A DNA stretch of 64,000 nt from Callorhinchus milii (Eukaryota). Location: the NCBI RefSeq assembly GCF_018977255.1, contig NW_024704742.1:29328001-29392000 (forward strand). The letters are read 5' to 3'. Below, piece by piece: positions 36,101-48,160 of this stretch (position 1 is the stretch's first letter; every line of letters begins with the position of its first letter). The notes below the pieces were generated by a model that saw nothing but the letters and a program-made list of their open reading frames with translations, was not told the DNA's origin and searched no databases. A program made the position numbers and the translations under genes.

Positions 36101-38799
36101 AATACATAAATTATAGATTATAGATTAAATGCAACAATTATCAATGAATTACCCTTTTTTTACTATGTGTGGTCACTGAAACAATTAAGCAGAGCACCAA
36201 ATTCATTGTGTGAAATCAGACAAAACGGAACAGCTTTTTTGGTCAGCCAGGAGTCTGATGTGCAGTTCCATTACCATGTCCGGAGTCTAACTTCTCACGC
36301 GGGGGGGAGGGGGGGCCGGGAAAGAAAGAAGAATACGGATTGATGCACGCCACACAAACTTTGTCTAAACCTAGAAAATACCAGAGCAAATCAGCAGAAG
36401 CTGACACTCACAATTTCAGGTGCTGGATCAGCTAAAACCACGTAGTTTATCCGTGCAAAGCATTGGTAAGCTTCCCGCTGTTTTTCCAGATAGAATCAGC
36501 CTACCTGTTAAACGTTCTTTTACAGGGCTATGAGGTACAGAGTCTAAAGAAACCAGTCTCCTAGTGACATGTCCACCCTCCCAAGCCCCATTGAGAAGCC
36601 AGGCAGAGAGTTCAATTGCCAACAGTATCTTGGAATACTTCAGATCTTGGGTACTCAATCAGCGAACCCACTACATAGTTGACTCATATCCACTCATCCT
36701 TTTGTCGGATGTGTCACCGTGAATACAGCCCAATCTTCAGAGAGACACCGCTCAACTTCCCCACCCTCTGAGGGTCAGTCACAGGTTGGTTACAGAGTGA
36801 GATGTAGAAAGAGACTAACAGGTAGTACTTTCTAACTTGTGTCAAGCTTTGTGTCAAGCAGTGATTTGGTGTTATTATCTAGCCAATGATGGTTGTCTCC
36901 ACTGATAAGAAGATTTTCCTTAAAGTTAGGCTACCATCTTTTGGTAACCATTTTATGCTGAAACATTGCTTTTGACCATCACCAATTCCTGAACAAGCAA
37001 CAAAGTGTTAGGCTGAAATGCACTGAATTTATCATAACAAAATGTAGAAATTGTGTAACATATATATCTTTACACTAATAAAACGACTAATAAAACAACT
37101 GCGCTTCAAGAAAGATCTCAATAACCAACTGATGTAGAGACATCATGTAGATTTATACCTCATCGGAAAGGTCTTGGAGCTGGGAGTGACATGGGCATAT
37201 TTGTTTTCAGGTATCTCCTATCGTTCATGAGTTATTTTCAGTTTTGCGTTGTAGTTACACCTGGTGGCCGCCGAGTCAAAATGGCGCTGTGGCATCGTGT
37301 GTCACAGAGCACATATGTATGTACGCATCGCAGTTACACCTGGTGGCCGCGTGGGCTGACCGTGGCGCTGTGGCATCCTGCGTCACACAGCACGCACATA
37401 GCCAAGCGGCGGGAACAAAATAAAGAACACAGGCAAAGCTAAGCTGCGGCAACAACAAAATAAATTACATTTTTAAAGCACCGAGTCCTCCCACTGAGTC
37501 CTCCCAAAAGTAATCCTCCCAAAAGAGTCCTCCCAGATGAATATAAAGATGAAATGTCAGTCTGTGTGTCAATCTACATTCCATATTGGATCCTTTGGTT
37601 GCAAGCGAAGCTTCAACAGGTACAGCTAGTACTGTAGCACCAGGGCAGCATGCAATTAGGAAGTCAATGTAAACCACAACAAACCACAAAATGCAAAGAA
37701 GATCATTGAAGAAATAAGGAAAAATTACTTTTTTAAAAAAAACACATGAATTTGTCAATGAATGTATATTGCCCAAATCCCATAATAAAACTGTGTGTAC
37801 TGTGCTGGGCCTAAGCTAGGGCATCAATATCTAAACACGGAACTGAAAGGGAAGTGCTCAATAGGGCACAATATGTACACAGTGAGCAAACGGGGTATGC
37901 AACTGGTTGCTCAAGTCTCTATGAAAAGGTCACGTTTAATTGGCTGTTTTAGCAGTCTGCAACTACAGTAATCACTCTCAAGAAGACAGGTGTGAAAGTC
38001 TGGTTGATCAAAGTCTTGATGAACAAGGGTTTTTAAGGAGTTTTTGTTTTAAATACTGTGATCTAGTTGTGATTGAGGTGTGACTATAATTGACCCAGGT
38101 ATCCACGGGGCAGGAAGGGGCAAAGAAAATCAGGAAGGAATCATGCGCCTGATCATTATCTAATGACCCCTGTGTGCATAAGTCAATATCAGTCATGGAC
38201 AGAATCAGAATTGGCTCTGATATCCTTCCTCATGACAAGCAGGCTGCCATCCTAACCCACACATACACTACATCATGCAGTGGAAAGTTGCTGATTCCCA
38301 TGGGATGGTACCTGTGTGAAATCATTACCTTGGTGCTCCAAAGAGATATGCCTGGTTCATCAACCAGGCTTCGAGAAGCAGTCATGTCCAAGTAGACAGA
38401 AACCCATCTGCCAATGCCCTGATGGACATGTACCTTTCTCCATGGCTATCATCTAGTTGAAGCCACCTGCACTCACCTGTCACAGAGTGGCCATAGGAGG
38501 ATGGTCCTGTCCCTCCATTCACCCACAGAATGGTGAACAACACAATGAGCTATGGTGGAGGAGTGGGCCGCGAAGGGAAGAAAATTCATAAGAAAAAAAA
38601 TATATTCAATAGGGCACAAATCTGAAATCTTTCATTTCACTCACAAATGTGCAATTGTACATTTTAATTCCTTACCAGCACAATAATAATGATAAATGTG
38701 GATCGTAATACAATCTTGGGAGACAGCTGGGGCAGAATTGAAATCCGGAGGATTTCATGAGCTTGTGAATATCATTTCATCCATTATTATGGCTCCTAC

Positions 38800-38965
38800 C
38801 TGTTTCTGACGAATCCGTCTCGATCTCTTGCTCTTCAGCAAAATCTTGCAACAAGTACGTTTCATCATCGTAAACCAGTACCTGTGCGGCATAGACCTGG
38901 TCGAGCCTGGCACTGGGAACTGGCTCAACAATCACCGCTGGGTAGTTTGCACTGCTCTCTGCCTC
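38800..38965 (-). CDS. ELF2: ELF2 isoform A second coding exon (acidic transactivation region), EAESSANYPAVIVEPVPSARLDQVYAAQVLVYDDETYLLQDFAEEQEIETDSSET
   Basis: Translated by hand (absent from the ORF track). Matches the ELF1/2/4 motif YPAVIVEPVPSARL..YAAQVLVYDDETY. Acceptor ttttcag, donor G|gtagga, 166 nt, phase 0 to 1. Confidence 0.95.
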
Positions 38966-39199
38966 CTGAAAAGCAAAATAGCACAGAATAAATGAAGATT
39001 AACAAGAATGCATCAGAGAAAGATGCTGCTTTAGCACAGTAGTGTATCACTTTGCATTTAAATTAAAGCAAAAAGGCAGAAATCCACTGATGAACTTGTG
39101 GATTCAACCCACAATCTGCATTTAGCCCTGAGCCATATAGACCCGGTTCAATTTCCAGTGTCTGCTGAGATAGCTGTTCTTAGCAGGGCACTATTAATA

Positions 39200-39517
39200 A
39201 TGATAATAGCATTTGACGTCTCAAAGCACTTCACAGGATATACTGTAAAGTGAATTGACTGTATATTTTGTGGGCAAAATGCAGCAGTCAATTGCGCACA
39301 GCGGTGTCCCATGAACAGTCGGGGATTGAGGAACCAAATTATTCTTATTGTTTATTTATTTTTCAGGGGATTATTCCCCTGAAAAAGCGATCTGCCAATC
39401 TGTAAACCGAGGCGTGTGGAGTAAAGAAACATGCCTAAGGTTTCATCCTGTCCAAGCATCGAACCCAGGTCCTCTCACTTGCGAGATGAGTGCTCTAACC
39501 ACAACACTACAGAACTC
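39200..39517 (-). mobile_element. SINE, same family
   Basis: Head at about 39455-39517, Deu domain, tail. Confidence 0.8.
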
Positions 39518-40444
39518 CACATTAGTTGCAAGGTGTGTGCTATAACCACTATGCCACAGAACTCCACATTAAATCAACATTAAAAATCAAACTTAGCCAC
39601 CGTGGGCTCGCCACACCGTGGGCTCGCTTAGAATTCACCAACACACACACCAACATATCTGATGCTACTGGCACTGGAGGGGATCAATGCATATTAACTG
39701 ATATTCAATAGTTAAAGTAAGACATGAAGCTGTCAAGATAATACAAACACCAGCACAATGAGTGGATTCATTCACCTCCTTACAACAGAACAAAATGCTC
39801 TCATTCACAGCTTCTGTATTATCACAGACATAGAGACTTTGTGGCTCGAGCTGAATATGGCTTATATCAGTGAATACTTCACTCTCTGACAAGATGCACG
39901 TTTGGTAAATTTCCAAACATTTTTCAGGCTAGAGCCCGTAGCATGGAGGAATTTGCTACGTCAAAAGAGTGTGTGTATGTGTAACCAACCAGTGCATGCA
40001 GATTTTGAAGTCTTTTCAGCATGATTATTGAATGTTTAAATATTCAATATAAAATAGTAATTGAGCAAAGAAAACCCTGCGTTGGACAAAAGAGGTGGAG
40101 ATGCTGAGAATTTACTATGTCAATATAATAATCTCTTCTGGCTATGAATCAAATTGGGATCTAGCTATAAATACACAGTCACTACACAGTAAATCCTGTG
40201 AAGCTCTTTGAGATGTTTTCTCAAGGCACTATCATAATTCCTATATTTTTGTAAAATAATAAATAATCCTTGCAATTGTGTCTTGGGGATTGTTGGCCAA
40301 GACACTGACAGAAACTCCCTTCTCTTTTAGAATAGTACTATAGGATATTTAACTTCCACCTGAACACGCAGATGGGACATCTGTTTAACAGCTCATCCAA
40401 AGTACGGCAACTCCAACAATGCAACAAACCCCCAGCACTGCACT

Positions 40445-41615
40445 CTATCCTCCTCCACCGTCTCTTCTCTCACTCTTCATAGTTCTGACCTTAAATGGTT
40501 CAGATCCAACTTCTCAAACCGTCTCCATTTTGTCTCTACAAACAGCTTTTCCTCCATCCCCCGTACCATCTTGTGCAACGTTCCTCAGGGCTCTGTCCTT
40601 GGTCCTCTCCTCTTCAACCTGTACATGCTGCCTCTTGGTGACATCATCCTCAGACATGGGATCAACTTCCAAATGTATGCAGATGACACCCAATCTATCT
40701 CTCTACCTCCACCCTTGACTCCAGGACAACTGCTGTCCTGACAGAATGTCTGTCAGACATCAAGTCCTGGATGAGAGCTAACTTTCTATAGTTGAACGTT
40801 AACAAGACCCTCCTGATTTGCTCCCGTCAGGGCCTGCACACCTCAGGCACTGGCAGCATCACCAGCCACAGATGCACACTCCACCTCACTGAGCCAGACA
40901 GGAACCTAGACGTCTTGTTTGACCCTCAACTGTCCTTTCTCCCCCACAGCCTTGCCTTCCCCCACCAACTCAACATCGCCCGGCTCCGCTATTGCCTCTC
41001 TTCTCGGGCCACCGAAACCCTTACCGAATCCCTCCACAACAACAAAATTACATTTGTATAGCTCTTTCACATCGGGAGAACGTGCCACCACAAGCTGCAG
41101 ACCATCAGAACTCGGCAGCTTGTGTCCTCTCCTGCACCAGGCTCTGTGACCCCATCACCCCCACCCTCGCCCACCTCCACTGGCTCCCTATCCTCCAGAG
41201 GATAGAGTTCATTATCCTCATCCTCGCCTTCAAGATCCTTCACGGCTTTGCCCCTACCTATCTCTGTGACCTGCTAACTAACCCCTTATCAACCTGTCTG
41301 CTCACTCAACTCAGCAGTCTTCGGCCTGCTACACATCCCCACCCGGACCACCCCTCGATCAGCGGTCAGGCCTTCAGCCTCTCCGCCCCCACCCTTTGGA
41401 ACTCCATCCCACATTCCCTTCACCTCTCTCCCTCCCTTGCCTCCTTCAATGCACGTCTCAAGATTTTCCTCTTCAACCGTGCCTTCGGCCACCCTCATAC
41501 CCTCCCTTACCCCAACCGCACCCCCCCCCCACCCGGGTCCAAATCCCTAACTGTCCAGTGCCTTGGGATGCCCCCCCGATGTGAAAGGCGCTATACAAAT
41601 GTAATTTTGTATTGT
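40445..41615 (+). mobile_element. L2/CR1 LINE 3' fragment (decayed RT), with a short antisense LINE tail inserted at about 41038-41080
   Basis: tatgcagatgac (YADD), QNSAACVL, ITPTLAHLHWLP; L2-type tail GTGAAAGGCGCTATACAAATGTAATTTTG. Confidence 0.85.
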
Positions 41616-43749
41616 ATAGTGTGTACTAACATGCTGAACCATAACCCAGCAAAACACAGAGCCACTGGAAACTGGCTCACTAACTTGACACAACCTCCAC
41701 ATTTAATGTTAGCTAACAATTAAAATACATGAAGATCAATCTGCCAACAACTCATTCTCAGGAGAAAACCAGGACAAGGTGATGAACAGGTAAGGAAAAG
41801 TGCTGTCAGCTACACACCATAACTCATTATTTAACCCAGTCAGAAGCTAACACTGGACCCGCTAAGTAGTCAAAAAGTGTACGTTGTACAGCTGAACTCG
41901 TAGCATGGACCTTAATAATAATAATAAATAATAATCCTTGGATTTGACAAAGCACCTTATCACGTCTTCGAGACGTATCAAAGCGCATCACAGAATATAC
42001 TGTAAAGTGAATTGACAATATATTTTGTGGGCGTAACACGGCAGCCAATTGCACACAGCAGTGTCCCACAAACAGTCGTGGATTGATTGACCAATTTTTG
42101 TTTAAGATTTGTCACATGTTCAGTCTCCAGTGGCATGTTCCCATTAGACTAACGGTCTTAAAAATGCAATCCTGTCTGCTAAAATCTAACGGTATGAAAT
42201 GGCTTGTTGGTTCAGTTACTTAGGATATAAATAATATTTCCCATATGTCAACATCAATAATGAATTCCGCACAATCTTGAAAAACATTTCTTCAGAAAAG
42301 GAGCAGCTAAAGCATAACATTCTTACAATGAATTACATAAAATAAGCATGTTTCCATAAACAAAGCATCAAGATAAATGATGTGTTTACAACTGCACAAG
42401 AGGGATACATCCTAAAGATACCCCAAGGATTAAAGGAACACATACTAGAGTCAAAGCCAGCCCAGAGTTAAAGGGACATCCACCAGTTTCATAACTTGGA
42501 CTACATTCTTGGGAGATAGAAACATTAAGGGATATAGCGAGAAAACAGGGAAATGAGAATAGGCCAGGTCTTGTTACTTAGTGCTAAGCAATGATCTGTG
42601 GCAGAGCCGTCTTAATGAACCAAATGACTTTCTCCTGTTCCTGACTACCCAGCCCATGTTAAAGAGATATCCCCCAGCTACCAGCCACTCAGTGTTAAAA
42701 GCAAAACATAGCTCCATGGTTCAGTATATTCCTATTAAATAATAATCATTATCTTTGATATACCACTTTTCATGACAGGAGGATTCCTCAAAGCCCTTCA
42801 CAAGATTTACTGTAAAGTGTAGTGTTTTGAGAGCGTATGTGGCAGCCAATTTGTGCACAGCAATGTCTCAAAAATAGCAACAAAGTGAATGACCATTTTC
42901 ATGTAAGGTAAATTATTTAGTTGGTCGCCCATCAAACTTAAGGCTCCTTTGGAGCAGAAATCTCTGATGTAAAATGCATTCTTTCTTATCAAAAATTTTT
43001 TTTAAACAAATCTCCTGCTTTCGGTCAAAAATCAGGATGGAGGATTTGAAACAATAATTGTTTTCACACAACCGAGCGATTCAAAACATGTCGCAAGATG
43101 ACATTCACCGAATGAGGCTCAGTATACTCATTTTGACACGTCAGCATCCTGACTGCTTTAAAGCACATCACTCATACATGTACCAACAACAAAACAACGT
43201 GTATTAATATAGCATCCTTCACGCGAGTAGCGTCTAGGAGTGCTTACCACGATGAATGCAGATGGGAGCCGCATTTCCGGTCACGGTGCAGCTGTAAATT
43301 TAGCAGAACAAAGGCCAAAACAAACTGATTAAGACGCTATATTAAAATACAAGGATCATTTTTAAACAGTCATAAAGACTGTGTTGTGAAAGGGAGTGGG
43401 GAAAGAAGGCCTGAAAAGTTTGAATTCCCATGTACTGTCCCATGTTCCACAGGTTGATAATTTTCTATTACGCACAAGGATTGCTGGATTTCTTTTTCGA
43501 AACAAGATTGCATGCATAACAGAGAAAATCACAATTGTGTACGTACAAAATAGGGGAGTTGGAGGGGTGGAGGCTCACGTGGAGTATAAACAGTCGCGAT
43601 TAGTTGCGCCGAACAGTTCATTTCCCTGCTGTAATGCTCTATGTAATTCTAAATGTTTATGGTACATTCTAACAGTTTAAAACAGAAATGAGTGTGTAGG
43701 ATTTGCAAAAGAAAAAAATAATAATTAAATATGATGCTCCTTGGCTGAC

Positions 43750-43827
43750 CTGCTGCTGTTGATTCTCCATTCCATTACTTGCAAAGTCAAACACCAGGCC
43801 TCCGCTATCCACCATCACTGATGTCAT
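43750..43827 (-). CDS. ELF2: ELF2 isoform A (NERF-2 type) first coding exon, MTSVMVDSGGLVFDFASNGMENQQQQ
   Basis: Resembles the human ELF2A N-terminus MTSAVVDSGGTILELSSNGVENQ. ATG at 43827, donor CAG|gtcagc at 43749, 78 nt, phase 0. Likely exon acceptor ttttacag at 44107-44108 gives ~279 nt of 5'UTR in this exon. Confidence 0.93.
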
Positions 43828-44186
43828 AGCACATTCCCTGGGGCCTCGAAAGGTGCTATGAACAAACCGCTCCCTCACACAGCAGTACGTTGCTGCCACA
43901 GTCTCCCAGCGCTGAACAGATCCTTTCTGCTCCAGGCACCTCGGGAACCATGCAGCACTTGACAGCTTCTTCAAGGAGCAAAGACAACGGTGCAGCACAG
44001 AGAGCGATCCCTCCGGAACGCACTTCCTCTACAGCTCACACCTTCCGAGTTCACAACACCAGGAAAACGACATTTCATCAAGTCTTCAGACAGAGTTTAG
44101 TGTTATCTGTAAAAGACACACAAAAAAATCATCCTACTGCTTATTGACTTTTTTTAAAAGGTCCACACATAAAGGGATGTAGCCGC

Positions 44187-44514
44187 AGAAGGGCAAAAGC
44201 TGGCTTGATCTTGAGTTTCGGTATGAATACAAACCCTGAAAGCGGGACCTCACAATCCTTCTGGCTTTTGGGGTTTTAAGCAGGAGATATCCGAAAAGCT
44301 ACCACAGAGATATCTGGATTTTAGCAGCCTGGTGTTCATAGTCAAGTGGCTTTTTGATCCTTCAATGTCAGCTCTTCCTATCTTTGTGACGTGTTTCCAT
44401 CATCCACCAAATATTGGATTGTTCACTCACTAACAGGGAACGGGAACTGGGTTTGGACTGTTACAAGACAGATTAGTTTTACCCACTGATGAATTGTTGC
44501 TGCAATAATAATCC
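44187..44514 (+). pseudogene. Decayed 28S (LSU) rRNA fragment, domain V/VI (peptidyl-transferase region)
   Basis: Colinear with conserved eukaryotic LSU sequence AGAAGGGCAAAAGC..CTTGATCTTGA, GAAAAG.TACCACAG, CTTTTTGATCCTTC.ATGTC.GCTCTTCCTATC, GGATTGTTCAC.CACTAA.AGGGAAC, TTAGTTTTACCC. Many substitutions, including CpG decay. Confidence 0.92.
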
Positions 44515-44669
44515 GGAATATTGAAACTATCTCACCTAGCTCAGATCTCTAAATTCATGAGTTCTTAATGCAACAACAATAATTTGACCTTCAATTGATT
44601 TTCACCTCACACAATCTGCACAGTGTAACAGTGGTGACATTTCATTAGTGGCTTACATTAAGCACTTGT

Positions 44670-44912
44670 GGCTATAAATTTCACCCAGGTCTAGATTTAC
44701 TCTATTTATGTCTTTTTTCGGAGCGCCCAGAAGGTATCAAATTGTTGAATTCAGTCCTAAGCCTAAAGTAAGTTGCCTGTAGTTCTTAAAAGAAACTTAA
44801 AGAAAACACAATTTAAATTTAAAGTTTTATTTTAAGTACACATTTGCTAAATTCTGGAAGTTCCAAAACTCTCAAAAGTGGAGTAAATCTAAACCCAGGT
44901 GGAATTCCCATG
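44670..44912. mobile_element. Putative MITE related to 59206-59430
   Basis: AAATTTCACCCAGGTCTAGATTTACTC is an imperfect reverse complement of GAGTAAATCTAAACCCAGGTGGAATTC. Confidence 0.5.
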
Positions 44913-45214
44913 CCCCAAATTAAGTTTATAAACAGTGCAACAAGAGGGCAGCAATGAGCAGAATCTCCATCCAATTTTGACAGTTCTATTGTTAGTCAAA
45001 CCGTTTTTATTGATACGCTTTGCTCTGCTTCCGCCCAACCATTTAAACTAACCTTCAGTAATGCCGAAACACAACTTCCATTCCATGCGTGAATCTGTAA
45101 CTCTCAAAATGAACCTGGAAGGAACCCAAGTCTCTTTTTAAACACAATTACAAATACATGCAATAACTGCCCTTAACAAAGAAACATGGTTACCAATCAA
45201 CTTCACTTACATCT

Positions 45215-45665
45215 CTCCCCCGCTCCCTAATCGAGTCCTTCCACTCCAGCTTCTGCCCTGCCCACGGCACAAAGACGGTGCTCGTCAAAGTCACAAATGA
45301 CTTCCTCTCACTCTGTGACCAGCGTTCCCTCTGCCTCCTTGTCCTCCTGGACCTGTGCTGGGTTCAGCACAATCGACCACCCCATCCTCCTCCACCACCT
45401 TTCCTCCCTCATTCATCTTAGTGGGATTGCATTCTCCTGGTTCAAGTACTACTTAACCAACCGCCATCATTTCATCTCCACAAATGTTTTTTCCTCCTGC
45501 CCCCGCCCAGTCACCTGCGCTGCACCCTGAGGCTCCTTTCTTGGCCCCCTTCTCTTCCTCATTTCCATGCTTCCTCTCAGTAATGTCAGCCACAGACACG
45601 GGGTCAACATGTATGCAGATAACACCCAAATCTACTTCTCCTCCTCCAGCTGCGACTCCAGGTCC
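45215..45665 (+). mobile_element. L2/CR1 LINE internal RT fragment
   Basis: Decayed RT motifs (VKVTND, FSTIDHPILLHHL, MYADN), similar to 19112-20765. Confidence 0.75.
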
Positions 45666-46789
45666 CCAATTTCACCAATAAAATATTCCAACAATCATGT
45701 CCAATTCTAGCAATGAAACATACAAAATAAACATATTCAAATCTTCAGAGGGGAGGAAGGACAGAATGGCTCTGTGACCTGGTCACTCCGGACAGTCAGT
45801 CTTTCAAAAAAAAACAATGCTTGCATTTAATGCAGCATATTTCATGCCAAGAGGACATCTCAAAACACTTCATAGGACTGACTGTGAAGTGTAGTCACAG
45901 TGTATCTGGCAGGCGAACGAAGCAGCCAATGCGTACAGCCATGAAGTGAATGACCAATTTTATTTGGGCAGCAAACACCACATCTTAAACCCTGATGCAG
46001 GCGTATTTAGGCACTGGTCTCCCATTCCAAACCTTTTTGTTGGGGAGGCCGTTTATCCCAATCCGAATCTCAGTCTCTCTGCAGCCGCAGAAACATCCCA
46101 AAGCCTTTGCTCACTGCTGTCTCACTCTGCATCTTTCCCCTTTGGGTTGCACTTCCCCTTTCAAAAACCACAGATATCTGTTCTTACGTATTTCCTCCCC
46201 TGCTCTGGGTCTCCTGCTGGCTTGCACAAGATGCCATTCCCTGGCCAAGAGGGGCGGGTAATCAGGCAAGCAGTGACGTCCCCGCCGACAGGGCTCTCTG
46301 AAGACAGCTGCAAGGAGTTGCACAAGAGCAGCTCAACATAACAGCCTCCAATTTGTTCTCTTTTCCAACTCCCCCTCCCTCCCTCCTGGGAAAATGACAA
46401 GCTCAAGCTTTCCTTTAGCAGCTTTCCCAGCTGGCCTCGGGAACACACAGTATAGAGAAGTGCCCAAAAGAGAGGCCATGTGCGTGCGTGTGTGTGTGGG
46501 GGGGGGGGGGGGGAGGCTGTCCCTATATGAATTAAAGCTTCACTTGTACTTTGAAATGAAGAAATAACCAAGATTAAAAATATTACGACGACTGATAAAA
46601 CCCTTAGATCTTTTGCTGTGGATTCAGAGTGTGGGATATAAACTCTGAAGTGAAAATAATGAAAACAGGCAACCTCGCCCTCAAAAAACAATCGTCAGGT
46701 AATCTCCAGAAACAACATTCCAGTCAGCGCCAAACAACATTTAATCACATAGCTCTTATTCCTGTTCAGCTGTTCTCCTGCTTCCGCAC

Positions 46790-47268
46790 CAAGCTACAAG
46801 AACCAAACATCCCCAGCCTCGCCCGGCACCACTGGTTCCCCATCCCCCAGAGGACAGCTTCAAAATCCTTGTCCTCACTTTCAAAGACCTTAAAGGCCTT
46901 GCTCCTCCCTACCTCTGTGAGCTGCTAACCCCATTCTGACCTGTCCACTCAGCAGACTCTGGCCTGCTCCATGCTCCACATTCCCCTCCCGGCCTGCCCC
47001 ACCATCGGAGGTCGGGTCTTCAGTCTTTCTGCCTCCACGCTTTGAAACTCCATCCCACAGTCCCTTCGCCTCGCCCCCTCCCTTGCCTCCTTCAAGGCCC
47101 GTCTCAAGACCATCCTCTTCGACCGTGCCTTTGATCACTCTCCTATCCCTACGTTCCATGTCCTCCACCACTCCTGAACCCAACCCAGGTCCAAATCCGT
47201 AACTATCCAGCGCCTTGGCATGTCCTCCCGACATGACAGGCACTATACACATGTAATCTGTTGTTGTT
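46790..47268 (+). mobile_element. L2 LINE 3' fragment
   Basis: SLARHHWFP and conserved 3' end ...gtcctcccgacatgacaggcactatacacatgtaatctgttgttgtt. Confidence 0.8.
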
Positions 47269-47559
47269 CATCTTGCCCCTATTTATACTACACAACTAGA
47301 ATTCAAATCAACTCAGTTTCCAATTGATGCGTTGAAAGTACAGCATAAACCAGGTTTAACGCGTGCAAGAAAAAGCATTATTCTGCATAACTTGGTTTTC
47401 TTCAGCGAGATCAAATTTGGAGAAAATTTTTTGAATCCTATCTCCTGTTCCAAATTTTTTCTCCTTTTGAGGTTCTGCCACATTAGGCTTAGGATATCTT
47501 ACAATTACAATTCAGTCTCCTTTCTAACTTCAGGGCAACTATTTCACCCGCATACACAC

Positions 47560-48160
47560 ATTCGTAACATCCAGGCTCGAATACGCAAACTCCCTGCTTG
47601 TCAGTCTCTCCAACTCCTTCCTTCATAGGCTGCAGATCATCCAGGACTCTGCAACCCGTGTCCTCTCCCGCACCAGGCTCTGTGACCCTATTACCCCCAT
47701 CCTCGCCTGACTCCACTGGCTTACCATCGCACAAGAGGATACAGTTCAAGATTCTGGCACTCACCTCCAAAGCTCCCTCCATGGTCTTGCTCCCCCCTAC
47801 TTCTGCGACCTCCTAACCCAATACCAACCTGCCCTCTCCCTACACTCAGCGGGCTCTGGCCTGCTTCACGCCCTCAGCCTCGCCCACCCCACCATTGGTG
47901 GGTAGGCCTTCAGCCACTCTGCCCCCAACCTCTGGAACTCCATCTCGCAGTTATTCCGTCTCACCCCCTCCCTTGCCTCCTTCAAGACCCATCTCAAGAC
48001 CCTCCTCTTCAACCGTGCCTTGGTCACCCTTCTTCCTCGCCTGTACTCCACCCTCTCCAATCCCAACCCCCAGCTCGGGTCTGAAACACTGACTGTCCAG
48101 CATCTTGAGACGTCCTCCCGACGTGAAAGGCACTATTCAAAGGTTTTGTTGTAGTTGTTC
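47560..48160 (+). mobile_element. L2 LINE 3' fragment
   Basis: Same family as 46790-47268; tail gacgtcctcccgacgtgaaaggcactat. Confidence 0.8.

Noticed and set aside
44187..44514. Functional rRNA gene
   Set aside because: Isolated ~330-bp piece with many substitutions at conserved positions and no rDNA context; recorded as a pseudogene.
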